A stretch of DNA of 64,000 nucleotides from Octopus vulgaris (Eukaryota): the NCBI GenBank assembly GCA_951406725.2, contig OX597843.1, positions 10,540,001 to 10,604,000 on the forward strand. The letters are read 5' to 3'. The number at the start of each line of letters is the position of its first letter. Positions within the stretch are counted from its first letter, which is position 1. A program made the translations under genes and the position numbers. Below, piece after piece: positions 1 to 12,067 of the stretch. The notes under the pieces were generated by a model. It made no database searches. It worked only from the letters and a program-made list of their open reading frames with translations, and was not told the DNA's origin.

Positions 1-460
1 AGGAATTTTTAGTCGAATATATCAACCCTGGTACTTACTTTTTAAGGCCCCGCTAAGTTATGGGGACACAAACACACCAACATTTGTTGTCAAGTGGTGG
101 TCGGGACACAAACACAGACACAAAGACACACACATAGATATGTACATACATGTTCACAATGGGCTTCTTTCAGTTTCTGCCTACCAAATTCCCTCATAAG
201 GCTATAGTAGAAGACACTTGCCCAAGGTGTATCACAGTGAGACAGATCCCAGAACCATGTGATTGGAAAGGAAGCTTCTCTATTTCATTAAATTTGCCAC
301 AAGGGCAGCACACAGAGAGAAGCTTGAGGGCTAGACGGAGACATTAATGGGATGACTAATGATGATATATGGATGATAAGGATGGGAGAAGACGAAAAGC
401 GCCCGCCGACTTTCGCTTCTCTGAAACATTGCTCTTTTTTTTTTTTTAAATAAACACAAT

Positions 461-1112
461 AGACGCAGGAGTGGCTGTGTGGTAAGTAGCTTGCTTACCA
501 ACCACATGGTTCCGGGTTCAGTCCCACTACGTGGCACCTTGGGCAGGTGTCTTCTGCTATAGCCCCGGGCCGACCAATGCCTTGTGAGTGGATTTGGTAG
601 ACGGAAACTGAAAGAAGCCCATCATATATATATATAAATAGGCATAGGAGTGGCTGTGTGGTAAGTAGCTTGCTTACCAACCACATAGTTCCAGGTTCAG
701 TCCCACTGCGTGGCATCTTGGGCAAGTGTCTTCTGCTATAGCCCCGGGCCGACCAATGCCTTGTGAGTGGATTTGGTACACAGAAACTGAAAGAAGCCTG
801 TCGTATATATGTATATATATATATGTATGTGTGTGTATATGTTTGTGTGTGTGTTTGTCTCCCTAACATCACTTGGCAACCGATGCTGGTGTGTGTATAT
901 ATATATGTTTATGTGTCTGTGTTTGTCCCCCTACCATTGCTTGACAACCGACGCTGGTGTGTTTATGTCCCCGTAACTTTGCGGTTCGGCAAAAGAGGCC
1001 GATAGAATAAGTACTGGGCTTACAAAGAATAAGTCCCGGGGTCGATTTGCTCGACTAAAGGCGGTGCTCCAGCATGGCTGCAGTCAAATGACTGGAACAA
1101 GTAAAAGCGTAA
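461..1112 (+). mobile_element. tRNA-derived SINE (major family): extra 5' module in tandem with a full copy
   Basis: Head GGCGCAGGAGTGGCTGTGTGG (A-box-like), GGTTCAGTCC (B-box-like), body CTTGGGCAAGTG, internal TA/TG microsatellite, tail ending ...TGAAACAAGTAAAAG; many copies in the window. Confidence 0.85.
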
Positions 1113-1153
1113 AGCGTAAAAGCGAGGCAATAAACCTCTTACACAGTTCAAAA

Positions 1154-1674
1154 TCTCTCTATATAAACGGCAGTTTGTCTGTCTGTGTGTCTGTGTGTCT
1201 GTCAGGTTGTACCCTTACCCTGACCACGGCTTTCAACCGATTCTGATGAAACTTGACACACACATAGCCCAATGTCATAATTCAAAACTAACGCAGCGAA
1301 AATTTTGAAAAGTGCCCCCAGTTCTGAAAAAAATCGATAAATTCGACATGGGGTCGAGAATCTAAGCTTTTTATTTGCAACACATTTTCTGTTGTAGTTT
1401 TCGCAACTTGCAATCGATTTTCACCAAACTCATGGTGAAGCTTAATGTTACCCTAAGAAACTTAATTCTAATGTTAGTTTTCCATGCAATACCTTACCAT
1501 CAGAAAAAATCGATAAAATCATGCCATTTTTGGAAATCGCGTTCAAATTCAAGATGACATATTTTCGACAATATCTTTCACAAATTGGCAGGAATTTTTT
1601 TAAAATTCGCAGTGAGCATCATGTCTGGTCCAGGGGCTCTTACATACCCGGGCAATGCCGGGCTATGCTGCTAG
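1154..1674 (+). mobile_element. Non-autonomous Helitron-like element
   Basis: Starts A|TC followed by a GTCT microsatellite; ends in hairpin CCCGGGCAATGCCGGG then CTAG|T; no TSD. Confidence 0.72.
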
Positions 1675-1980
1675 TTAAAAATAAAACACAAACACGAGGC
1701 AATAATTCTCTCACTTTTTACATTTTTAGTCTCTTTTTGAGGTAATACACCTCTTCAATTTTTCCGCCCAGCCAGGCTCCTCGCTTCATCGAAGCACCTG
1801 GTCCGTTCCGAACTTAAAGGTGACAACATAAATCTGAAGGAGTCCTTCGAGAAGGAGTCCGTTATCCTGCACAGATCGTTCTCCCATATGACCTCCGCAG
1901 CCACCTGCGAAGGCCACTCAGGATCCTCCGTGTAGGACAGAAGCCCCTCCCATCAGCCACACAGCTACACCTGCACCTAT

Positions 1981-2550
1981 CATCATCATCATCATCGTTT
2001 AACGCCCGTTTTCCACGCTAGCACGGGTTGGACGGTTCGACCGGGGTCTGGGAAGCCAGGGCTGCACCAGGCTCCAGTCTGATCTGGGAGTGTTTCTACA
2101 GCTGGATGCCCTTCCTAACGCCAATCACTCCAAAAGTGTAGTGAGTGCTTTTTACGTGCCACCAGCACAGGTGCCAGGGGAGGCTGGCATTGGCCACGAT
2201 TGGTTGGTGCTTTTAATGTGCCACCGGCACAGAAGCCAGCCTAGGCGGCACTGGCATCGGCCACGTTCGGATGGTGCTTTTTATGTGCCACCGGCACAGA
2301 AGCCAGTCGAGGCAGCGCTGGCATCGGCCACGTTCGGATGATGCTTTTTGTGTGCCACCGGCACAGAAGCCAGTCGAGGCAGCGCTGGCATCGGCCACGT
2401 TCGGATGGTGCTTTTTGTGTGCCACCGGCACAGAAGCCAGTCGAGGCAGCGCTGGCATCGGCCACGTTCGGATGGTGCTTTTTATGTGCCACCGGCACAG
2501 AAGCCAGTTGAGGCAGCGCTGGCATCGGCCACGTTCGGATGGTGCTTTTT
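1981..2550 (-). mobile_element. (ATG)n-tailed SINE-like element with internal ~58-bp tandem repeat
   Basis: Shared block GGATGCCCTTCCTAACGCC plus repeated GTGCCACCGGCACAGAAGCCAG...GGATGGTGCTTTT; related copies near 4500, 5085, 6691, 9008, 9987, 11485, 15248, 28189, 31425, 31880, 53623, 61926. Confidence 0.8.
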
Positions 2551-2594
2551 GTGTGTGTATATTGTCTTTCAATTGTCTTTCTATTTCTTTTCAG

Positions 2595-2666
2595 AAACAT
2601 GTCTACAAATACGAGAAATTGCTGAAACACGCCCGAAGGCCTGAAGTGGTGGTTAAAGAAATCAAG
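2595..2666 (+). CDS. CMIP: CMIP-like coding exon (1st in window): KHVYKYEKLLKHARRPEVVVKEIK
   Basis: Pyrimidine tract + CAG acceptor, GTAATC donor, phase 0/0; resembles the recalled vertebrate CMIP segment KKIYKYKKVL...EVVLKEIR just after the PH domain. Confidence 0.88.
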
Positions 2667-3039
2667 GTAATCGTCTTTAGGCGTTCGTTTGTGTGTGTAT
2701 GTATTTGTGTGTGTGCATGTGTGTGTATTCGTGTGTGTGTGTGTGTATTTGCGAGTGTGTATTTATGAGTGTGTTTATGGATGTATGTATTTGTGTGTGT
2801 GCATGTGTGTGTATTTGTGTGTGTGCATGTGTGTGTATTTGTGTGTGTGTATTCGTGTGTATGTGCGAGTGTGTATTTATGAGTGTGTTTATGGATGTAT
2901 GTATTTGTGTGTGTGCATGTGTGTGTATTTGTGTGTGTGTGCATGTGTGTGTTTACCTCCAATGCCAAACATCTTCGGTTGACAAAACAACTTAAACATC
3001 CATTTGGCCTTTCCAAATTGTTTACAGCTGTACTGAACA

Positions 3040-3630
3040 GGCGCAGGAGTGGCTGTGTGGTAAGTAGCTTGCTAACCAACCACATGGTTCCGGGTTCAAT
3101 CCCACTGCGTGGCATCTTGGGCAAGTGTCTTCTGCTATAGTCTCGGGCCGACCAATGCCTTGTGAGTGAATTTGGTAGATGGAAACTGAAAGAAGCCTGT
3201 CGTATATATGTATATATATATAGGCGCAGGAGTGGCTGTTTGGTAAGTAGCTTGCTAACCAACCACATGGTTCCGGGTTCAATCCCACTGCGTGGCATCT
3301 TGGGCAAGTGTCTTCTGCTATAGCTCCGGGCCGACCAATGCCTTGTGAGTGGATTTAGTAGACGGAAACTGAAAGAAGCCTGTCGTATATATGTATATAT
3401 ATATATATATGTATGTGTGTATATGTTTGTGTCTATGTTTGTTCCCCTAGCATTGCTTGACAACCGATGCTGGTGTGTTTACGTCCCTGTCACTTAGCGG
3501 TTCGGCAAAAGAGACCGATAGAATAAGTACTGGGCTTACAAAGAATAAGTCCCGGGGTCGATTTGCTTGACTAAAGGCGGTGCTCCAGCATGGCCGCAGT
3601 CAAATGACTGAAACAAGTAAAAGAGTAAAG
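3040..3630 (+). mobile_element. Major tRNA-SINE: 5'-module dimer plus full tail
   Basis: Two heads (3040, ~3223) with canonical B-box GTTCAATCC, then microsatellite and tail. Confidence 0.85.
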
Positions 3631-4821
3631 TGAGAGAATCATCTCATTCCAAGGAAAGAGCAAATAGTCAGAAACAGACACTTCATAGAAGATAGGAGAA
3701 AAACGGGATTTGGAGGAGGGAGCACTTGAGAATGAGTAAGAATGATTAAGTGGGGCTGGAGGCAGAACATTGAAAGAATTGTCAACTTAAACAAGGATGG
3801 GCATTTTTTTATTTATCAGATCAGGATAGTGTTTATCATAAAAGCACTCTGCCTGCAACTCTATATACAATAGTGCATAGACATATTTGCAGATAGTAGG
3901 AGGAAAGAGACATGCATAGAGCCAGGTCGAAATGATGGAAACCTCTACTGCAATGTCTGCAAGTGGCTCATCAGAGGTAGCTGTTATAGCATGGACTACC
4001 TCTTATGAGTGCAGGGTTACATAATCGAACTGCTACCTAACACCCTGTCGAATCCCTAACATGAAACCAGTTGGTAACATTGGCAGTAATAGATATATAA
4101 TACTGTTCGCTTTGATTAATATACCCACTCTGTTGACAGATATGTGGAGTGGTTAGAGCAGCGGACTCACAGTCAATGGATCGCGGGTTCGAATCTCAGA
4201 CTGGGTGATGTGCGTGTTTATGAAGGAAACATGGCTTCAGCAGAAGGTGATTGCGAACCTCTGTTGACTTTTTCACCCCAACCTTTTCTCACTCTTTCCT
4301 CCTGCATCTAGCAGCTCATCTGAGATGGACTGGCATCCCATCCAGGTGGGGAACCTATGGGCCAATGGGACTAGGAAACTGGCCCTTATGAGCCAGGCAT
4401 GACTCGGGAAGGAACAAGCAACAACATTGACAGATGTATGAGTCTTAGATGACTTTTTCCCGACTCGTGGACTCTTAGATGACTTACACGTATATCATCA
4501 TGTTCCTCCTCATCATTTAATGTCCGCTTTCCAAGCTGGCATGGGTTGGACAGTTTAACTGAGGACTAGCAAACCAGGAGGCTGTACCAGGCTCCAATCT
4601 CGTCTGGCAAGGTTTCTACAGCTGGATGCCCTTCCTAACGCCAACCACTCAAAGAGTGTAGTGGGGGCCTTTTACGTGCGACCGGCATGGGGGCCAGTCA
4701 GGTGGCACTGGCATCAACCACGCTCAAATGGTGCTTTTTACATGCCACCGTCATGGGAGCCAGTTACATGGCACTGGTATGTCAAGCAGCACTCTGTATG
4801 CATATACATATATATATATGT

Positions 4822-5075
4822 GGAGGCACGTGGCTTAGTGGTTAGGGTGTCAGCATCATGATCGTATGATTATGGCATCGATTCTTAGACCGGGCGACGC
4901 ATTGTGTTCTTGAGCAAAACACTTCATTCCACGTTGCTCCAGTTCACTCAGCTGGCAAAAATGAGTAACGCTGCAATGGACTGGCGTCCCGTCCAGCTAG
5001 GGAACACATATGCCAAAGAAACTGGGAAAGCGGGCCCATGAGCCTGGCTAGGCTTTAAAAGGGCGCATTTATTTA
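4822..5075 (+). mobile_element. tRNA-derived SINE with V-domain-like core
   Basis: A-box TGGCTTAGTGG, core ATGGACTGGCGTCCCGTCCAG, (TTTA)n tail; near-identical inverted copy at 55028-55283. Confidence 0.7.
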
Positions 5076-5543
5076 TTATTATATATCATCATCATTTAGC
5101 GTCCGCTTTCTATGCTAGCATGGGTTGGACGGTTCAACTGGGGTCTGGGAAGCCAGAAGGCTGCACCAGGCCCAGTCTGATCTGGCAGTGTTTCTACAGC
5201 TGGATGCCCTTCCTAACACCAACCACTCCGTGAGTGTAATGGGTGTTTTTTATGTGCCGCCGGCACGGGCCAGGTGAGGCTGGCAATGGCCATGATCGAA
5301 TTGGTGCATTTTACGTGCCACCGGCACGGAAGCCAGTCAAGGCGGCGCTGGCATCGGCCACGTTCGGATGGTGCTTTTTACGTGCCACCGGCACAGAAGC
5401 CAGTCGGTGCTGGCGAACGGCCACGATCGGATGGTGCTTTTTATGTGCCACCAGCACGGGGGCCAGGCAAACGATGATGATGATGATGATAACAAAGCTG
5501 TCTTTACCCTCTAAATTCTTTTTCTTGTTTCCTCTTCTTCCAG

Positions 5544-5636
5544 AACTTGATCGACGTCTCCCTGTCTACTCCGATACAAGACTCAAACGTCTACCAGTTT
5601 CCATTAGAACTAATCTCTGAACTCTTCCACACAGTT
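5544..5636 (+). CDS. CMIP: CMIP-like exon: NLIDVSLSTPIQDSNVYQFPLELISELFHTV
   Basis: ttcttccag acceptor, GTAAGT donor, 93 nt in frame; resembles CMIP TLVDMALTSPLQDD...PLEIVSKLL. Confidence 0.88.
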
Positions 5637-5719
5637 GTAAGTATCCGCTTGTTGTTCTTGTTGTTGTTGTTTGGCCCTGGTCAGTCCCCGACGCTTCAGC
5701 AGACTTGTCTTTTATCTTA

Positions 5720-6052
5720 TATCGACCCCAGTGCGTAACTGGTACTTATTTAATCGACCCCGAAAGGATGAAAGCAAAGTCGACCTCGGCGGAATTTGAA
5801 CTCAAAACGTAGCGGCATCGAAATACCTATTTCTTTACTACCCACAAGGGGCTAAACACAGACAGGTCAAAGACAGACAAATGGATTAAGTCCATTACAT
5901 CGACCCCAGTGCGTAACTGGTACTTATTTAATTGACCCCAAAAGGATGAAAGGCAAAGTCGACCTCGGTGGAATTTGAACTCAGAACATAGCGGCAGGCG
6001 AAATACCGTTAAGCATTTCGCCCGGCGTGCTAACGATCCTGCCAGCTCGCCG
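5720..6052 (-). mobile_element. Meta-domain-type SINE copies in tandem
   Basis: Reverse complement reads GAGTTCAAATTCC...GCCTTTCATCCTTTCGGGGTCGATTAAATAAGTACCAG (MetaSINE-like core); other copies ~8490-8720, 16262-16398, 52370-52575, 63712-63870. Confidence 0.7.
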
Positions 6053-6059
6053 CCTAATG

Positions 6060-6432
6060 TGATCAGGCATTTCTGGCATTTCTGGCAGACGAGTAGACAG
6101 TTCGCGTCTGTCAATGCTATAAATATGAATGGTTTTATGCACCGCTAGTAAATCACACAGTGTTCTATGTTCTGACACAACCACCACATTAAGTTGGAGA
6201 TCAAGATTGCCTTTGATAATATCAGGGTCATCTTCCAGAGTGGGGCTTGTCGGGTGTGTCACAATCACCATCTTTAAACCTTTTAAACCACAGCAGACAT
6301 GTACCATCTTTCACTGCATCTGGATACATCTTCACAAATGTTTTTTTCATCGCTTCTGTAGCGGTACTTTTCTGTCAAAACTCATACAATAAGCAATGGG
6401 GAATATGTTGTCTCATAAAGTTCTTATCCTCT
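6060..6432 (-). mobile_element. Degenerate mariner transposase, N-terminal HTH region
   Basis: Minus strand translates to QHIPHCLLYEF*...ATEA and, after a frameshift, YPDAVKDGTCLLWFKRFKDGDCDTPDKPHSGR; contains stops/frameshifts. Confidence 0.75.
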
Positions 6433-6618
6433 GTGGGGTTAATCACCAAAATAACTGTGAATGACACACTGCCGGGTACAAGAGACGATGTACTATTTCT
6501 AGACAGTTACCGCCCATTTGAGCTTGGCTCTGACGTGAATGGTTGATTCATATTTCATAGTGGTGAAAAAATGTAATTACTTTCTGAACACCCTAATACA
6601 CACACACATATATATGTG

Positions 6619-6691
<73 letters not shown>

Positions 6692-7044
6692 CATCATCAT
6701 CGTTTAACGTCCGTTTTCCGTGCTAGCACGGGTTGGACGGTTCGACCGGGGTCTGAGAAGCCAGGAGGCTGCACCAGGCTCCAGTCTGAGCTGGCAGTGT
6801 TTCTACAGCTGGACGCCCTTCCTAACGCCAACCACTCCGTGAGTGTAGTGGATGCTTTTTACGTGCCACTGGCACAGGTGCCAGGGGAGGCTGGCAACGG
6901 CCACGATCGGTTGGTATCTTTTTACGTGCCACCGGCACAGAAGCCAGTCAAGGCAGCACTGGCATTGGCCACATTCAGATGGTGCTTTTTACGTGCCACT
7001 GGCACAGATATCGTATAGATATATATGTATGTATGTAGTGGATC

Positions 7045-7870
7045 TTGCAGGCATGGCGTACATTTAATCCTAGATAACCTTTCACCATCCACAGATCTGG
7101 TCAGTGGCTCTCAGCAGGTTGTCCCGTAGAAACCTCCAGTTGTCTTCCACATCATGTGATGCTATATCCCCTTCTATTTTATCAAAGGCTTCGAGTAATA
7201 CGTCTCTAAATCTCTCTCCATTTGCAGGATCTTTAATCTTCCAGACCCTTCTCTTCCATTTAGCCCTGATCCTGAAGTTGCTAACTACTAATCTACGTTG
7301 AGGGGTACATTCAGATCTTTTCAGTTTGAATGGCAGTTTTTTCTAGTGGTGTCATATGAAATTTTTACCTATAATTATGACCCTAGTATTGATATATTGC
7401 ATTTCAATCTGTTTTAGGGTTAGGGGTGGGGGAAGGGTTTCTTTTTCTCTTCACAAATGTAAATAAACCCAATCTGTTTCTTAAACGAGGGACATATTCA
7501 TATGACACAGAATGTTTTTTAACTCAATAGACGTCACTGATTGGTTGAAATTGCAGAAATTAAAGAAAAGAAACAACAAATATCTTACAAACTATAGAAT
7601 TTTCTCAATAAAGCCAAGAGAAAAAAATATTTTATAAACACATTCTACTAGTATATGAAGTTTAAAAGTGTTTAGTTACGCGGAAATTATATTAAAAAAC
7701 TGTCGTTCAAATCGAAAAGATCCGTACATTCTTCGCCTGGGAAGGTTTTGGCATTTATAAGCAGCCATCTTACCCTTTTTCTGGCGAGTATGTAATCAAT
7801 TTGGCTCGTGTGTCTGCCAGAACTGTAGGTGACTTGGTGACTGGCGGGTTTCCTGGAGTTAGTATTGCAA
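7045..7870 (-). mobile_element. LINE (RTE-like) apurinic endonuclease fragment interrupted by a MITE
   Basis: Minus strand CNTNSRKPASHQVTYSSG..TSQIDYIL...KTFPGEECT | PQRRLVVSNFRIR rejoins across 7313-7723. Confidence 0.7.
7313..7723. mobile_element. MITE with ~30-bp imperfect TIRs and 8-bp TSD GTACATTC
   Basis: Left AGATCTTTTCAGTTTGAATGGCAGTTTTTT vs right AAAAAACTGTCGTTCAAATCGAAAAGATCC; GTACATTC at 7305-7312 and 7724-7731; partial relative at ~20351-20490. Confidence 0.85.
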
Positions 7871-8348
7871 TTATATATATAATTCGATTAGAAGTTGTGT
7901 TAGCCTCACGAAGGATTGGTGTCATCCAGTTGGCCTTCCACTCAGTTTCTGTCTATCAAATAGCCTTCATCATCATCATTCGACCGTGGTCGAGACAATG
8001 GAATTTACCATGCTACGCCAGACTTCACGGTCCATCATGGCATTATGGAGGTCCTGTTGCTGGATGCCTGTATCCCTGGAGATTAAATCAGGGTAGGAGA
8101 GTGTGTGCCCTCTAAAAGACATTGATTAGCCTGGAGCTATAGTAGAAGACACTTTCCCTAGGTGCTGCCTAGTGAGACTGAACCTGAAATCACGTAGTTG
8201 CAAAGCAAGCTTCTTAACCACACAGCCATGCCCGCACCTTTGAATATATTTATTTACTATTTTGTTCTTTTTTTAAAATTTTCTTTACCTGTTTTTTTTT
8301 TGTCTTTTTTGGTGTTATTTATATTTTCTTGTAATTTTTTTTTTCCAG

Positions 8349-8456
8349 AATTGTGACCTTATTTCCAAGTCAGCCCACGAAAACATCATCATAGCATTGA
8401 CTCCGCTGCTGGAGAACAACCATCCGACACAAGAAATATGCGAGTTTTTCAGTCGG
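8349..8456 (+). CDS. CMIP: CMIP-like exon: NCDLISKSAHENIIIALTPLLENNHPTQEICEFFSR
   Basis: poly-T ccag acceptor, GTGAGT donor; matches CMIP HENIIVAIAPLLENNHP..CEFF. Confidence 0.93.
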
Positions 8457-9613
8457 GTGAGTTCTTGAGGCACTCCTAAACAATATCTATTTCTTTACTA
8501 CCCACAAGGGGCTAAACATAGAGGGGACAAACAAAGAAAGACATAGGTATTAAGTCGATTACATCGACATCAGTGCGTAACTGGTACTTAATTTATCGAC
8601 CCCGAAAGGATGAAAGGCAAAGTCGACCTCAGTGGAATTTGAACTCAGAACGTAATGGCAGATGAAATACAGCTAAGTATTTCGCCTGGCGTGCTAATGT
8701 TTCTGCCATCTCGCTGCCTTCCTAAACAATATCAACATCTTCCACCCCTTACATCTTCCATGCCCCTCCACGACCATTTTCTTTTTTTTGTTAGACTCAA
8801 ACATAGTCAAGAATGTCTAGACATGACTATTGTCAGTTCTGAGTTCAAACCCAGCCTGGAATTATATACATATCCAGGAATAACACACCTGATAATGAGA
8901 GAGAATTAAGTATATCGTTTACATCTTTTACCTGTTTCAGTCATTTGACTGTGACCATGCTGGAGCACCATCCTGAAGGGTTTAGTCCAGGACCCCCTTA
9001 GCCATTCATCATCATCATCATCATCATTCTCATCGTTTAGCGTCTGCTTTCCATGCTAGCATGGGTTGGACGGTTCAACTGGGGTCTGGGAAGCCAGAAG
9101 GCTGCATCAGGCCCAGTATGATCTGGCAATGTTTCTACGGCTGGATGCCTTTCGTAACGCCAACCACCCCGTGAGTGTAGTGGGTGCTTTTTACGTGCCA
9201 CACGAGGCTGGCAAACGGCCACGATTGGATGGTGCTTTTTACGTGCCACCAGCAATGAGGCCAGGTGAGGCTGGCAATGGCCACGATCGGATGGTGCTTT
9301 TTATGTGCCACCAGCATGGGGGCCAGGCGAGGCTGTCGACGACCACGATCGGATGGTGCCTTTTACATGCCACCGGCACAGAAGCCAGTCATGGCGGCGC
9401 TGGCATCGGCTATGTTCGGGTGGTGCTTTTTACGTGCCACCGGCACGAGGCCAGTCGGGGCGGCGCTGGCATCGGCCACGTTCGGATGGTTCTCTTACAT
9501 ACCATCGGCACTGGTATCACAGCTGCAATTTCCATTGATGTTGATCGATTTCGATTTTGATTTTGATTTTCACTTGCCTCAACAGGTCTAGTTTTATAGA
9601 TAATTCCTCCAAA

Positions 9614-9713
9614 CTACCGCCATCTCTAGCAGACAAAGTGTCCAGCACTGAGGAAGGGCAGAGATAGCCTGAAACGATACTGGTCTGCTCGTCCCATCAC
9701 TAGAAGGTGGTAG
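9614..9713 (+). ncRNA. Putative minimal type I hammerhead ribozyme
   Basis: AGCA-CTGAGGA-stem II (AGGGC..GCCT)-GAAAC-gatactg-GTC-TGCT; distal stem I CTACCGCC..CTAG pairs with CTAG..GGTGGTAG. Confidence 0.7.
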
Positions 9714-11132
9714 GGGTTCACTTCCTTACTTGTAATATATTGGATGCAGGTTGCGTCCTCTTGGGGTTAGAAAATCACAGTAACGTCTATTCTTATGGAA
9801 CAGCCACGTTGAAGTGGTGACAAGCATTACTTCCCAGCACAGTTATTGCTTTCATCTCTTAGACATTTTATATCTAGCTGCTTTGCTCCTTCAAAATTCC
9901 CATTTTGTTATTCACTCATTCCCTTGTATAAGTTGAATGATGTAAAGTGTGAAAGAAAGAAACCTACCGGTTTCATGTATTGCATACATCATCATGATCA
10001 TCGTTTAACGTCCGTTTTCCGTGCTAGCACGGGTTGGACGGTTCGACCGGGGTATGGAAAGCCAGGAGGCTGCACCAGGCTCCAGTCTGATTTGGCAGTG
10101 TTTCTACAGCTGGATGCCCTTCCTAACGCCAACCACTCTGTGAGTGTAGTGGGTGCTTTTTACGTGCCAGGGGAGTCTGGCAGCGACCACGATCGGTTGG
10201 TGCTTTTTACGTGCCACCGGCACAGAAGCCAGTCAAGGCGGCGCTGGCATCATCCACGTTCGGATGGTACTTTTTACGTGCTATCGGCACAGAAGCCAGT
10301 CAAGGCAGCGCTGGCATCGGCCACGTTCAGATGGTGCTTTTTATGTGCCACCAGCACAGAAGCCAGTCAAGGCGGCGCTGGCATCGGCCACATTCGGATG
10401 GTGCTTTTTATGTGCCACCGGCACAGGTATCACAACTACTATTAAAATCAAAACTTTTTATGAACCCTTAAAATACTGTCGTGGGTCCCCATTAATTATT
10501 TCACTAGTGTGGACCCCAGACAATCTTATTTTGACCCCTAGTGGTCTGTATGAGACCCTGGTTGAAAATCACTGGTTTAGTTGAACACATCAATCCCAGG
10601 ACTTAATTTTTTATTTCTAAGTCTGGTACTTTCTCTCTTGGTCTGTTTTGCTGAACCACTAAGTTACATTGACACAAACAAACCAACACCAGTTGTCAAG
10701 TGGAGCAATGCGAAATGAAGTATTTTGCTCAGGAACACAACACAATGCAATACTCGGTCCAGGGATTGAAACCACAACCATGACTCCAACACCCTACCCA
10801 CTAAGTCACATGCCTCCACTATATATATATATATAGACAAATAACAGGCTTCCATACAGTTTCCATCTACCAGATCCACTCACAAGGCTTTGGTCAACCT
10901 GGGGCTATAGTAGAAGATACTTGCCCAAAGTGTTGCACTGTGGGACTGAACCTGAAACCAGGTGTTGCAAAGTGAACTTGTTAACCTCACACCCATGCCA
11001 TATTATGTGTGTGTGTGTGTGTAAAATTACGTTAAGACATGTGGCCTGTTGTTTAAGGATCATGATTTCATGAAGCTAGTAGTAGCTCTTTCGGTTGTGT
11101 ATTTAAATTGGTATATATATATATATATATAT

Positions 11133-11359
11133 ATCACAATCAAGGAACGGCCATAATAGGCCATTCACCCACTAGAAATAACAGCCAAAGCTTTAACCGC
11201 AAAATAACATTAATTCCGTAAACCAGGAGAAAATTAAAAAAAACATTTGTTTTTTTAATTTTCTCCTGGTTTACGGAATTAATGTTATTTTGCGGTTAAA
11301 GCTTTGGCTGTTATTTCTAGTGGGTGAATGGCCTATTATGGCCGTTCCTTGATTGTGAT
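11133..11359. repeat. Near-perfect ~227-bp palindrome (arms ~112 bp) within a (TA)n-flanked insert
   Basis: ATCACAATCAAGGAACGGCC... is the reverse complement of ...GGCCGTTCCTTGATTGTGAT; ~2-nt loop, one A/T-run length difference. Confidence 0.95.
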
Positions 11360-12016
11360 GTTGAACTTATAAATGGTCTATGACTATTTAATTTTTTTCC
11401 CACTAGGCCGCTGGTGGCAAAAAAATTCTACAAAATTTTTGCCACCCTATATTGATTAATTATATATATATATATATATATATATCATCCTCATCATTAT
11501 CATCATTGTTTAACGTCCGTTTTCCATGTTAGCATGGGTTGGACGGTTCAACTGGGGTCTGGGAAGCCAGAAGGCTGCACCAGGCTCCAGTCTGATCTGG
11601 CAGTGTTTCTACAGCTGGATGCCCTTCCTAACGCCAACCACTCCGTGAGTATAGTGGGTGCTTTTTACGTGCCAGGGAAGGCTGGCAAACAGCCACGATT
11701 GGATGGTCCTTTTTACGTGCCACCAGCACGGGGGCCAGTCGGGCTGGCAACGGCCACAATCAGATGATGCTTTTTACGTGCAACCGGCATGGATGCCAGT
11801 CGGGGCGGCGCTGGCAACGGCCACGTTCGGATGGTTCTCTTATGTGCCACCGCCACTGGTATCACAGCTGCAATTTCCATTGATGTTGATCGATTTTGAT
11901 TTTCACTTGCCTCAACAGGTTTTCACAAGTAGAGTTTTGTGTCCCAAGAAGGAAAGGTATGCATAAGTGAACTAGCTACGTCCCAAGTAGAGGCCACGGG
12001 TTATGGTCTCACTTGT

Positions 12017-12067
<51 letters not shown>

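Noticed and set aside
1765-1978. GC-richer stretch that might be an upstream CMIP exon
   Set aside because: No convincing splice pair and no similarity to the expected PH-domain end (…DQW.HS..WK); origin unresolved
2150-2550. Palindromic ~58-bp repeats resembling CRISPR direct repeats
   Set aside because: The intervening sequence is itself repeated; it is part of a dispersed retroposon
331-3463. Recurring short ORFs such as MPRSGTEPGTMWLVSKLLTTQPL
   Set aside because: Antisense translations of the SINE head, not genes
7424-7432. TTAGGG telomere-like hexamers near 7413-7424
   Set aside because: Only two units and internal to a MITE
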